Positions 25,966 to 37,700 of a stretch of 64,000 bases of DNA are shown here, in pieces. The first letter of the stretch is position 1. The number at the start of each line of letters is the position of its first letter. Source of the DNA: Macrostomum hystrix (lineage: Eukaryota > Animalia > Platyhelminthes); NCBI GenBank assembly GCA_950097015.1, contig CATNEN010000008.1, positions 2,852,001 through 2,916,000 on the forward strand, given 5' to 3'. The notes under the pieces were generated by a model. It was not told the DNA's origin. It did not search any database and saw only the letters and a program-made list of their open reading frames with translations. Both the position numbers and the translations under genes were made by a program.

Positions 25966-27784
25966 TCATTAAAAATTTTCCCAAATGCACCTGCATTCTC
26001 CTAGATCTCATTTGAATTCTACTCAATCCCACTTAAATACTTCTCACTCGAAGACTTAACAATCCAAATCCTTACCAGTCTGAAATCAATCAAACACTAA
26101 AGCTAGATCTGACCTAAATCATTACATAAAATGCAACTTACTCATGTTGATAGCAAATCCAATTGAGATACCATAGCTAATGTCATCTGGATTGCGTGAA
26201 ATTATCACAGTTCTCTCCATTTGTCAGAATTTCATGATGACTACTCTGAAGTTTTGTAATAAGCAAAACACTACATGAGATGATACTTTAGATAATTATG
26301 AAAAAATAATAGTTAGCGATCACACAAATTGTCTAGCATTGATTCACTTATTAATTAGAATTAAAAAATTGATTTTAGCTAAAGCAAATAAGTTTTTTGC
26401 CAACCTAATAATACTAAATTATCTTATCTCATTTACAAGCCACAAAGGCCTAGTTATGTCACCCAAAGAACTGGAAAAGCTGAGGCGAAAACCATAAAAT
26501 TGTTGCATTAGGTAAAACAATATATCTAGCTTTAAGCATCTAAATCAATTGTAAACTCTGTAATTTCTATTTAAGTCCATATCTCTAGTTAAATTAGACA
26601 TCCTAAATTAAGTTCTCCAAATTATCCAACATGCTACTAATATGTTCTAAAATTAATCAAGCTAGCTAGTAGGCCAGGCCATAGGGCCCAAAGTTAAATC
26701 AATAAGTATAATACATATACAAGGCTCAAAAGTAAGAAAATCTATTTAAAAAATGGGTTTATTGTCATTGGTTTTAGGCACATCGGATGAAGCTATTAAA
26801 ATTTCAATTTTGCGTGCTGAGTGGTTATTGGTTAAAGCTAGCCTAGACATTAATAAATCTAAGTAAATAAATTAAGTCGTTTGTGTCATGTTTTAATAGT
26901 GAATTTCTAGGATTTTTATATAAACATGTAGATCCAACAAACAGCATCAAAATTCTCAAGTATCAATGCCCATGGTATATATTTATAGTAAATATACAAA
27001 TCTGGTGAATAATCCGGCATGTTCTGCTCAGGCTCAGGACTTTTTACTGAGATAGAGTGCAATTTAAGAATTATCTGATTTACTCGTTTAAAAAACTGAC
27101 CATGCGACTTTCTTCTAAAAAACACGTGTCTTTCAAAGTCCAAATAATATGTTAGTTAATTGTTTTCATCAACTTTCCTAGATTGTCTTCCTTAAAAGGA
27201 GAGAAATTATTTATTAAAATGTGATTTTTTGTTTTACTTCTACTTATGTTATTTTCAACTGTACAGTGTTCAATAAAATCTTAATTTGTTACAGTTTGTG
27301 TTACATCGACCTAACCAATCCTTCAAATAAAATACAATAATTGGCTTTAACAGGCTGCTTGCCTGCGCCAAAATATTAATACTACTAATCGAATTCACAA
27401 CTCCGGGCGCGGTTAGAATCTAATTTCGTGTAAGGGAAAATGGTTAGAATTAATGAAGCCACTCTATCTACTGTTGTTGTTAGACTCGTAATACTTTAAT
27501 TTATCATTATATTTTGCGATTATGAGCGAAGATGAACAAAGTCATGCACCAGCGAGGGAAAGAAGGGTTCAGGCGCCTCAGGCATCGACCATTATTTTTT
27601 TCAAACCGAGTGCGAGAAATAGAAAACATTAAGCAGGGTAGGCAAAGAAAAGATAAATATAAAAATATATTTACATACCAAATAAAATAAAGCATAGACT
27701 TTACACATGTGCCTCTATCTGCGTGCGCATTAATGATATTGAAACAGCTTGGCTTATTTTATTTAGAATAGGCGAAACACTTAA

Positions 27785-30073
27785 CCCGAGAAAAAAACTT
27801 GTCAACCTTGTCAAGTCAGCAATGGTACTTTGTACTTATAGCAATTAAAAAGTTTGCCATGTTGGAGATCTTGGAAAGTACTTGGAAGTAGGTCTGTCGA
27901 CATGTAGTTCAAACATTGAATAATTAGAAAGAAACATGGAAGTTATTATCTGATATAGTTTGGTATCCGTACTTGAATTAAGTAACTTTAAATTCAAAAT
28001 TAACATCCCAAACTTGCCCGGCTTGTGACAATACTTTGCAGTAATTATTCAAGTATGTCATGTTTACTTTCGAAGTTACGTGTCAAGGTTTTCATAATAT
28101 TTTTTTCGGGTCTATGAAGTTGGCTTGCAAGAATTTTGCTTGCCGAGCTTTGCTTGCGGAAATTTGCTTGCCGAAGTTTGCATGACGAAGTTTGCTTGCG
28201 GATGTCTGCACGCCGAAGCTTGCTTGCCGAAGTTTGCTTGCAGATGTCTGCATGCCGAAGCTTGCTTGCCGAAGTTTGCTTGCGGAAATTTGCTTGCCGA
28301 AGTTTGCTTGACGAAGTTTGCTTGCAGATGTCTGCATGCCGAAGCGTCCCGTCTCGGGACACAACACTGCAGATTAAGTTATGGAAAGAAGCTACGAACG
28401 TGCACATTCCACATTTGTAAAAAGCTTATTTGCAATACCTAGATAAATGTACCGAAGAACGGTCGTGAATCGTGTTATTGATAGAATCTCGATAGAACCG
28501 CACTAATAACTGCAACACAATTTAAGAGTCTTGTGTGTTTAATTTATTGCGCATTAGAATTATGAATTTTCCACGCTTTCGGAAACACGCTTGAAGGTAT
28601 GAATTCATCCGTCAGGACACCTGTCATTAGACTCTTACCTCAATTTAAACTTTCGTTCTACAGTAAAAAGTACAATCTACTATACAAGTACTCGTACAAT
28701 TCACTCAGTTTAAGTCTTCTTCTCTCTCACTCTAAAGCTGCGAAATCTTGTCTCCTGGCTTTGTTCTCCTCGGAGTTCCTCGCAGCCAGCACGTCACCTT
28801 CCCTCGAGGGGCACTTCATTGTGTAAAGTTGACCGTCCAGTGCCCTCGAAATGGTGGAGATGTCAACACTATCGAGCGTACCCTGAAACTCGGCCAGCAA
28901 GCGAGTACGCAACTGCTGCAGTGTAGCAAAAGGGTCCTCGTCCTCAACGGCCATCAGGAAATTCTACATGGGGTTGGTGAGCTCTTGGCGCCTGTTACCA
29001 CCCTTAGGCCATGAATACCTTCTCCCCTCCGTGTCAAAAGCGTGACAGATGCTGTACACGGTTGAGCGCTTCACCCCAAGCATCCTTGATATGTCCGTGA
29101 CGAGCTCTCCGCGCTGCAAGCCTGGATTACAAGATCTCTTTTGTCTCTGGATATTGTTGCATACTGCCGATGCTCCATGTTAAACTGTTAGCTTTTAACA
29201 GAGAAGACTCAGTGCTGCTAAACTCTCTCCCTCTGTGATCTCTGTCATATTAACGAGCAGTCAAGCTGCTTCTACCATAGACAGCTGCCACGAGCTGAGG
29301 ATTGCCAGTAAGAGAAAAGTTCCAGTCAATCTGTTTGCATGCCGAAATTGATTGCCCGCTGTCGAATTTGAAAGCCGGTCTGTGCATTTTCTGGCCATAG
29401 ACACCAATGGGAGGGGATGGGAGACTGACACATAGACCCTTGCCGAAATTGAAAGCCCGCTGTCCAAAATTGAACGCAAAAAGCTATAGTAAAAAATACG
29501 TGTTTTCGTGTCTACCTAATGCATTTCTTTCTCGCCGCAGTCAGAGCCAATTTAGTCTATGGCCGAGTCTAGAGACAGGGAAGAATGTATTGCTGTGCTT
29601 ATTTTAATAATTACAAAAAATCCTAGCTATAGAGAGCTATACTATAGCTTAGTGGCTTGCTGAAGAAGCATAAGTCAATAATCTCATGGCAAAATGTTCA
29701 GATAACTGTTATATATCTATATCTTCATAGTTAATATATCTAAACGAATTCGTCTTGTAGTTAGCTCATAGCTCCGCCTGTTATGACCACCACTATGATC
29801 ATATTCGTTATCTGTTCGATCGTGCTGAAACCAGGAACTGCTACAATTTATGCTGCTATTATCCTTCCATTATACTAAATCCTTCGTGTACAAATCCCAA
29901 GGCTAGTTCGAAAGCTTACTGTGAGTGAGTTTACGACATTTCCGCTGATAAGCGCTTGCAAACATTCTGTAGCAATAATTGACTCACCAACTTCGAAAGC
30001 AAACAGTCAGGAAGCAAACTTCGGCAAGCAAACTTCCCGCAAGCAAAAGTCGTACTCCCATTTTTTTCTCGGG
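27785..30073. mobile_element. Possible non-autonomous EnSpm/CACTA-like DNA element
   Basis: Perfect 13-bp inverted termini CCCGAGAAAAAAA (27785-27797) and TTTTTTTCTCGGG (30061-30073), each flanked by AA (2-bp TSD candidate). GAAGTTTGCTTGC motifs are repeated at 28113-28345 and inverted at about 29995-30055. Confidence 0.4.
28727..29178 (-). pseudogene. Tc1/mariner-IS630-type transposase N-terminal (paired HTH) remnant, DDE domain absent
   Basis: Reads MEHRQYATISRDKRDLVIQA/LQRGELVTDISRMLGVKRSTVYSICHAF...KGGNRR...VEDEDPFATLQQLR...VDISTISRALDGQLYTMK...RNSEENKARRQDFA. There is one frameshift near 29118 and an in-frame TAG at 28964-28966. The match is lost before the first catalytic Asp. Confidence 0.8.
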
Positions 30074-30767
30074 AAGTCGGGCCAATATATATTTGAGCGA
30101 TGAGCGACAAAACTTGAGCCTCGGCATAACAAAGCATCACGCAACAATAGACAAAAAATAAAAACAGGTTTCATACTGTTTAACCTTATTTACCTTGCAA
30201 TATATCATAGACATATTTTAATTGCCGATTAAGCATAAATGTAGCAAAATGGAGTCCAGTCCGATATAATTAGACAGTTGAATACGGTGTCATTGATCAC
30301 TAGAATATCGGGAGCTACGGGAGCTTCAATCGTCGACTTAATAATTGAGCTCTAAAAGTCAAGAGTCACAAGCAATTGCTGGATAATCTGGATTCGAAAA
30401 GAATACAGAAATAAAAGATAATTGTATGACGCCATTTATAACAAGAAATTTGAATTCAGGGGCATATGAAAACAATTACATAAAACATTCTGAATACATA
30501 CCCTAATTAGCCTTCTGGAGTAAAGCTTCAATCAGTTCACCTAAACGCGATCGCCATGCAGCGCTCACTTAATGACCAAATAAAACTAACTAGTTTCGCA
30601 TATCACGTGAAGCTCCGAAACAGCTTAACCATTGCTCTTTGCAACTTTACAATTTAGAGTATTTTAAGCCCATGCTGAACGGAAACTGAACGAATTTTTC
30701 ATTTCTAGTATCGAAATAGCGCAGTGAGCACGATCGAGTTATGAGCAGCTCTCTGAGGAGAGTCCGA

Positions 30768-31612
30768 CAGGGCCGTAGCCAGGTGGTTGCGAGGGGGGCC
30801 GCGGCCTACCCCCTAATCGGCCTACAAAACTATATGGTAGTGGCACCCCGTGTGGTATTGGCGCCCCATGTGGTATTGGCGCCCCATGTGGTAGTGGCAC
30901 CCCGTGTGGTAGTGGCACCCCGTGTGGTAGTGGCGCCCCTGTGTGGTAGTGGCGCCCCGTGGGGTAGTGGCGCCCTGTGGGGTAGTGGCGCCCCGTGGGG
31001 TAGTGGCGCCCCGTGTGGTAGTGGCGCCCCCATGTGGTAGTGGCGCCCCCATGTGGTAGTGGCACCCCCGTGTGGTATTGGCGCCCCCCATGTGGTAGTG
31101 GCGCCCCCATGTGGTAGTGGCACCCCCGTGTGGTAGTGGCGCCCTGTGGGGTAGTGGCGCCCCGTGGGGTAGTGGCGCCCCGTGTGGTATTGGCGCCCCC
31201 CATGTGGTAGTGGCGCCCCCATGTGGTAGTGGCACCCCGTGTGGTAGTGGCGCCCCGTGGGGTATTGGTGCCCCCCATGTGGTAGTGGCGCCCCCATGTG
31301 GTAGTGGCACCCCGTGTGGTAGTGGCGCCCCGTGGGGTAGTGGCGCCCTGTGGGGTAGTGGCGCCCCGTGGGGTAGTGGCACCCCGTGTGGTAGTGGCGC
31401 CCCGTGGGGTAGTGGCGCCCTGTGGGGTAGTGGCGCCCCGTGGGGTAGTGGCGCCCCGTGGGATAGTGGCGCCCCGTGGGGTAGTGGCGCCCCGTGTGGT
31501 AGTGGCGCCCCGTGGGGTAGTGGCACCCCATGTGGTAGTGTCGCCCCAATTTGTTAGTGGCGCCCGAAGTAGTCGCGCCCCCAAAAGGCGCGTCCCCTAG
31601 GCAACGCCACTG
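30768..31612 (-). mobile_element. hAT-like MITE containing an 18-bp GC-rich minisatellite (30835-31545)
   Basis: Imperfect TIRs CAGGGCCGTAGCC and CAGTGGCGTTGCC. The 8-bp TSD is GAGTCCGA (30760-30767) and GATTCCGA (31613-31620), a 7/8 match. Confidence 0.8.
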
Positions 31613-31637
31613 GATTCCGACACCACACATCCCCCAC

Positions 31638-31775
31638 TCAGGTTACGTAGACCCCAGCAGCAGCGATCTCCAGCTTGTACTCAGAGTTCTCATACTCAGT
31701 GGCGGGGTCGAGCGGCCCACCTGGCGTCGCAGCCGGCTGTCCGGCCTCAGCAGCAGTTTCTCCGCATCGGCTCAC
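31638..31775 (-). CDS. Gene A last exon, cytoplasmic tail ...PATEYENSEYKLEIAAAGVYVT*
   Basis: Phase-0 acceptor ctccag|GTG. The three-Tyr motif is conserved in gene C. Confidence 0.85.
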   Translation of the reverse strand: MSRCGETAAEAGQPAATPGGPLDPATEYENSEYKLEIAAAGVYVT

Positions 31776-34700
31776 CTGGAGGTCGCCAGCCAAAGTTTTC
31801 ATGCAGGCTTAAATATGATGTCTGAGCATGGAAGGCTTCTCAAACGAAACTTACCATCGCAACTTGCTCAATTTCGCCCTGAGCACGCCAACAAAGAGCT
31901 CGTCGACTCTGCAGAAAAGACTGAAAAAACGAAATAAAATAGATGCGATGCGGGACCATCTGGAAATGAGAACAAAGCACCAATTCATCTTCACCAATCG
32001 CATCTCTTACTCTCTTGACAATTCCTGCAATGATGGCTGCGGCAATGGCTGCTGTCCCGAATCCGCAGCCGAATGCAATCGCCATTGGCACCATTGCTGA
32101 TGCACTGCAGCAGCTCACCAGAGTCAGTTTGCTTTGAGCAGCCTGGACACCAGATGCCCCTGGAGCAATCTGTATTTCAGTGCAGTTGACGATGGCGCCT
32201 TTGAGCTCTCGGTATGCGGCATTGTCAAACTTCCACGTGCTGATGAGTACAGTGCCGTATTCATCAGGCACCTGCGAAATCGCACCGCACATAAATCAGC
32301 ATCTGACTGAGGCGAAATTTTCAAGCGGTGAAGAAACTCACTTGAGTCAGACGCGTGAGTTTCAAGACGCCAACTTCACCAGCATCAGCGCTGCATTTGT
32401 GCTCTGGCACCGAGTGAGATGAGGCTGATCTGAACTCCACCGTCACATCAGACAGACTCGTGCAATTGTGCGAATTCAGCAGGGAAATCGTCAAGTCTGA
32501 CCACGCAGCTGCAGATGGAGATGGATAGTCTTGAATAGCCCTTGGATAGTCTTGAAAGCTTACTTACAAAGTCGCATGTTCAAATCTTGTGAAACAAAGA
32601 GAAGCACAGTCCTGCGATCTACCTTTTGATTTGCCGCAAGTCCAACTGGCACTATTTTCTGAGACGTAGCTGAATGGGCTGGTGGTCGATCCATTGTGAG
32701 CAGCAGCGCAATGAACTGTACCCCTGCTTGCATCCAGCCAGCGATCTCCAACACTAACAAGACGCCACAGACTAACTCTTGAGCCGTTCTCGCTGGTGTT
32801 CTGAAATTTCGAAAAGCTAGAAAATTTTGCATTCCATTGCGTGCTCACAATTCAATATTGCTCATAGAATGAAGTCAAAACTCACAGTTGATAGCAGTAT
32901 GGATTGTTTAATGACTCCACCACCTACTGCATGGCACCTGTGCTCAGGTAGCGGGTGAGATTCTGAGGAGCTAAAGCTGACGATGATGTCTGACACAATG
33001 GTGCAATTGTGCGAATTCAGCAGCGTGACTGACACGTTTGACGGCGGGTCTGCAGGGAGGTCCGAGGCGCTTCGCTTTTACTGTTAGTTTTACACAGAGA
33101 GATGTGACACCTAACACAGCTGGGCAATGTGTACTGTCTATGGCACAAGTCACAGCTATAGCTACGACTTGGCAGCGAGAGGCTGTGTACAACTGTTCAG
33201 TCCGTGGACTGGGGGCCATCACGCGATCCTAAATTTCTATCCCAGCTAATTCTGGTACCGATTTGACAGCTGGGTGAACCGAATTGGGGAATCAAGGGCA
33301 CATATGATATCTCATGGGTTGAGATTCGAACTTCGGACCTCTTGGCCAGGAGTCCGACGCTCTAACTGCAGGTCTACAAGCTCTAAATAGATGCGTATCA
33401 AGCACTGCTATGAGTGTGGAATGTTGTCGGGAAGTATTAGACCACATGAAGTACGTACCCAAAGGACTGGCTGTGCATACCGTATTGTTCATTCTAGCAT
33501 GAGCGACAGTAAAATTTATAGCCAATTTTCTTACAAAGCACGGTGACCGATGCTGACTTGGCAGCAGATCCGGCTCTGCAAGTGTAGTTGCCTGAGTGCT
33601 GAGGCTCTGCTCTGAGAATCTCTACTAGCCTGCGATTTTCTCCAGTCTCCGAGCAGCTGCCGTTAGGAAAGCAGAGCTGAACTTGCCCCTGCACTCTGCA
33701 GCTCTCAGAGCCGCAGTGCAATGAGCATTCAACTGTGAAGCTTGTGTTTGCTACCACAGTCAAGTCTGGAGTCGATGCTGCAACGAAAGAGCTGTCACTG
33801 TTAGTCAAAACTGAGTATCCGTGCTCAAGGAAGCTGAGAATGGATGTGAGACTCACACAGCACAGTGACAACCGACTCCACTTCTGTTGAGTTCAGCTTG
33901 CACTTGTAGACTCCAGCGTCCTGAGGAGTTGAGCTCAAAATTTCCACAGACGCTTTTCTGGTGCAGCTGCCGTTCGGAAGACAGACCTGCGGCTCATGGA
34001 AAGTCTTGGAGTCAGGGTAGAGCAGTGAGCAGTTCACAGAGAGCTTTGAACCATGCGCGACCACTTGGTCAGGTGTTGCGGCTGCAGTTGATGGGATATG
34101 GCTTGTGAATGAGGATTCTATCAATCAAAAGCGTCACAACAATGGCTCACAGCCACTCATAAGTACATGGGATTGATCGCTTTGGTTTTTAAATTAGCAT
34201 TCGCATTTCCAAAATTGGCCTTCTCATGGGCACTTCTCAAAACATGTTGGTTGAAGACTAAATTAGGATACGTAATTATCCATGTACTCGCGAACAGAAC
34301 TCCGGGCTCAAAATCTGACGTATCATTTGATCATACTAATCATTTAGTGTTATGAAAAGCAGAGCCAGATGAACTCGCAGAAGCCGAGACTCACACAGCA
34401 AAGCCACAGCGGTCCGCTTCATGACATTCCCAGCAGCGCAGGTGTATTCACCTGCGTTCCCTGGCTGCGCACGGACAATGCTCAGATTCTTGCCCGACAC
34501 GTGGCTACCGTTTGGCAGGATCAACTGAAGGTCACCTAAATTCGGGCATTGCTCCGAGCTGTTGCAGTGCAGCCAGCAGCTCACAGAGAGCTCGGAGTTC
34601 ATCGCGACCACTTGGCTTGGAGAAGAGGCTTAAATGTTTTTTACGTTTACAAGATTAGCCGAAAGGTGCACTGCAATATTTCTACCTGAGAATCAATATT

Positions 34701-37700
34701 CCTTGATACTTTCAGCAGCTTGTCAGAGGATCTGGGGTCATTGGGAAACTCACACAGCACGGAGACTGTGGTCGACAAACTGCGGTCACTGGAGCCGAGT
34801 CTGCAAGTGTACTTTCCAGAATGGACAGGCTGCGCTTTGCTAATCAGCAGCGTTTGATTTTCTGAGCACCTGCCATCTGGAGAGCAGATCCGCATCTGGC
34901 CTGAGTCTGTGCTCAAATCGGTGACATTGCAGTGCAGCTCGCAGCTCACAGTGAAGCTGGAGCTCTCAGCCACCAGCTGAGGACTCGCGACTCCTGCGGT
35001 TGTCAGGAGCGGGAAGAGCTCTGTTGAAGCATTGCGGTTTTCAGTCTCGACTATTTTAGCTCTGACTTCTTGGATTGAAAACTCATAGTATTGTTTAGAC
35101 ACCATAGAAGCTAACTTAATAGAATTGCATTGACAGTATCAAAGCTAACTCAATCCAATTGCATAGACACTATCAAAGCTAACTCAATCCAATTGCATGG
35201 ACAGTATCAAAGCTAACTCAATCCAATTGCATAGACACTATCAAAGCTAACTCAATCCAATTGCATAGACACTATCAAAGCTAACTCAATCCAATTGCAT
35301 AGACACTATCAAAGCTAACTCAATCCAATTGCATAGACACTATCAAAGCTAACTCAATCCAATTGCATAGACAGTATCAAAGCTAACTCAATCCAATTGC
35401 ATAGACACTATCAAAGCTAACTCAATCCAATTGCATAGACACTATCAAAGCTAACTCAATCCAATTGCATAGACACTATCAAAGCTAACTCAATCCAATT
35501 GCATAGACACTATCAAAGCTAACTCAATCCAATTGCATAGACAGTATCAAAGCTAACTCAATCCAATTGCATAGACACTATCAAAGCTAACTCAATCCAA
35601 TTGCATAGACAGTATCAAAGCTAACTCAATCCAATTGCATAGACACTATCAAAGCTAACTCAATCCAATTGCATAGACAGTATCAAAGCTAACTCAATCC
35701 AATTGCATAGACACTATCAAAGCTAACTCAATCCAATTGCATAGACAGTATCAAAGCTAACTCAATCCAATTGCATAGACAGTATCAAAGCTAACTCAAT
35801 CCAATTGCATAGACACTATCAAAGCTAACTCAATCCAATTGCATAGACACTATCAAAGCTAACTCAATCCAATTGCATAGAAACTATCAAAGCTAACTCA
35901 ATCCAATTGCATAGACACTATCAAAGCTAACTCAATCCAATTGCATAGACACTATCAAAGCTAACTCAATCCAATTGCATAGACAGTATCAAAGCTAACT
36001 CAATCCAATTGCATAGAAACTATCAAAGCTAACTCAATCCAATTGCATAGACAGTATCAAAGCTAACTCAATCCAATTGCATAGACACTATCAAAGCTAA
36101 CTCAATCCAATTGCATAGACAGTATCAAAGCTAACTCAATCCAATTGCATAGACACTATCAAAGCTAACTCAATCCAATTGCATAGACAGTATCAAAGCT
36201 AACTCAATCCAATTGCATGGACACTATCAAAGCTAACTCAATCCAATTGCATAGACAGTATCAAAGCTAACTCAATCCAATTGCATAGACACTATCAAAG
36301 CTAACTCAATCCAATTGCATAGACACTTTCAAAGCTAACTCAATAGAATTGCATCGACACTATCAAAGCTAACTCAACTGAAAATTTAGGCAAGGCAAAG
36401 AAAAAATTGAAATGATTAATTACTTATCGATACTGTCTCAACTATGAGGTCCGCAAAGCTCATGTATTGATCGTTCTCAGCTTTCGCATTCGCAGCCCGT
36501 CTCAAAAGCAGCTGTCGCACCTGCAGTTCAGAGATTCATTCACCGGTGTGTCTGCAATAATTAATTGGCATTGCTTCACTCACTCACTCACCTCAGCAAC
36601 GCAGCTGACAGTGAAGATTTCACCTGCTGAGATTGTCCCTTCCTTCCGAGTCTGGCCGCACAGTCTCCAGAGACTCCTAGACTCATTGAACAGTCTGCTC
36701 ATGGTCTTCGAGGCGCAGTGGTCGCCAGAGAAGATGGCCTTGCTGCTGCTTGAAGTGAAGATATCTATGCTCCGTGCTCTCTTGTAGGCATCGTGATACT
36801 CACCTGCATCTGAAATTCCGAGTTCGTTTCGAGTTGCTTCGACCCAACTCCACAACCTTCATTTATTGACCAAGGACTACTGGAATAGACTAACTACTAA
36901 CTAACTCATACTACTACCAGTACTAGCTAACTACTTGGTCCTTCTTGTTGTCTCGAAATCCGAAAATATCGCAATGTTGTTTTATTAAAGAAGTAGAAAA
37001 CAGCATCCCTATTGGCCCGCGCAATAAATAATTATACTTGACAACACTCAAATTAGTTTTGCAGTCCTTAATTTAAAATCTGAGTCCCTCATTAACTGCT
37101 CAAATCTTTCTTTAATTGCATTCAGCGAAACAAAAAAAATTTCTATTTCACAAATTTTACTTTCTGAAGATCACTTGAAGATCTTCTTTGATTAGAAAAA
37201 GGCAATGGTGACATTGTGTAGACTTTCACTCACCACTCCTGCCCACCACAGTGACTGATCTGATGAGAACTGGCTCAGCCAGCTGCACTGCGAACCAGTG
37301 AAATCCTCCGTCTGCTTGGCTCTGCTCAGAGCTGTGGAAGAACCACCATTTGCCCCCAGCTTGTCTATCCACCTCTGCATCTCGGGGATGAAAACAAGTG
37401 GAAGGGTGATCTGTAAAGTAGGATGACTGCCAAGATGCCAATATGCGGCTTCTGCGGATCGCGAATTTACCTGCAGTTTAAATTAGGAGAGAAAAGTTTT
37501 TGTCATTGAAAAGTGCACCAGAAAGCATGGCGAGATGTTCGCTTGACACGAAACGGCCTTAAACGAATTCTTAACAGAATGACTACTCACACACAACTGA
37601 GACTGAAGCTGACTTCACCGCCCTGCCGAATCTGCAACTATAGTTCCCGGAGTGCCAGGGCTGCGCGTTCGTGACATTCAGCAGCTGGCCTCGGACGCAG

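Noticed and set aside
31638-31660. Receptor C-terminus (VYVT) as a ligand for the neighbouring PDZ protein
   Set aside because: The terminal Thr is not hydrophobic, so it fits neither the class I nor class II PDZ-binding consensus. Adjacency alone is not evidence.
31638-31710. YENS/YKLE/YVT read as an ITAM or ITIM
   Set aside because: None has L/I/V at Y+3. Only a YxN (Grb2-type) match is supportable.
10862-36375. Regular 30-34 bp repeats resembling CRISPR arrays
   Set aside because: The units abut with no unique spacers, there are no cas genes, and the context is eukaryotic introns.
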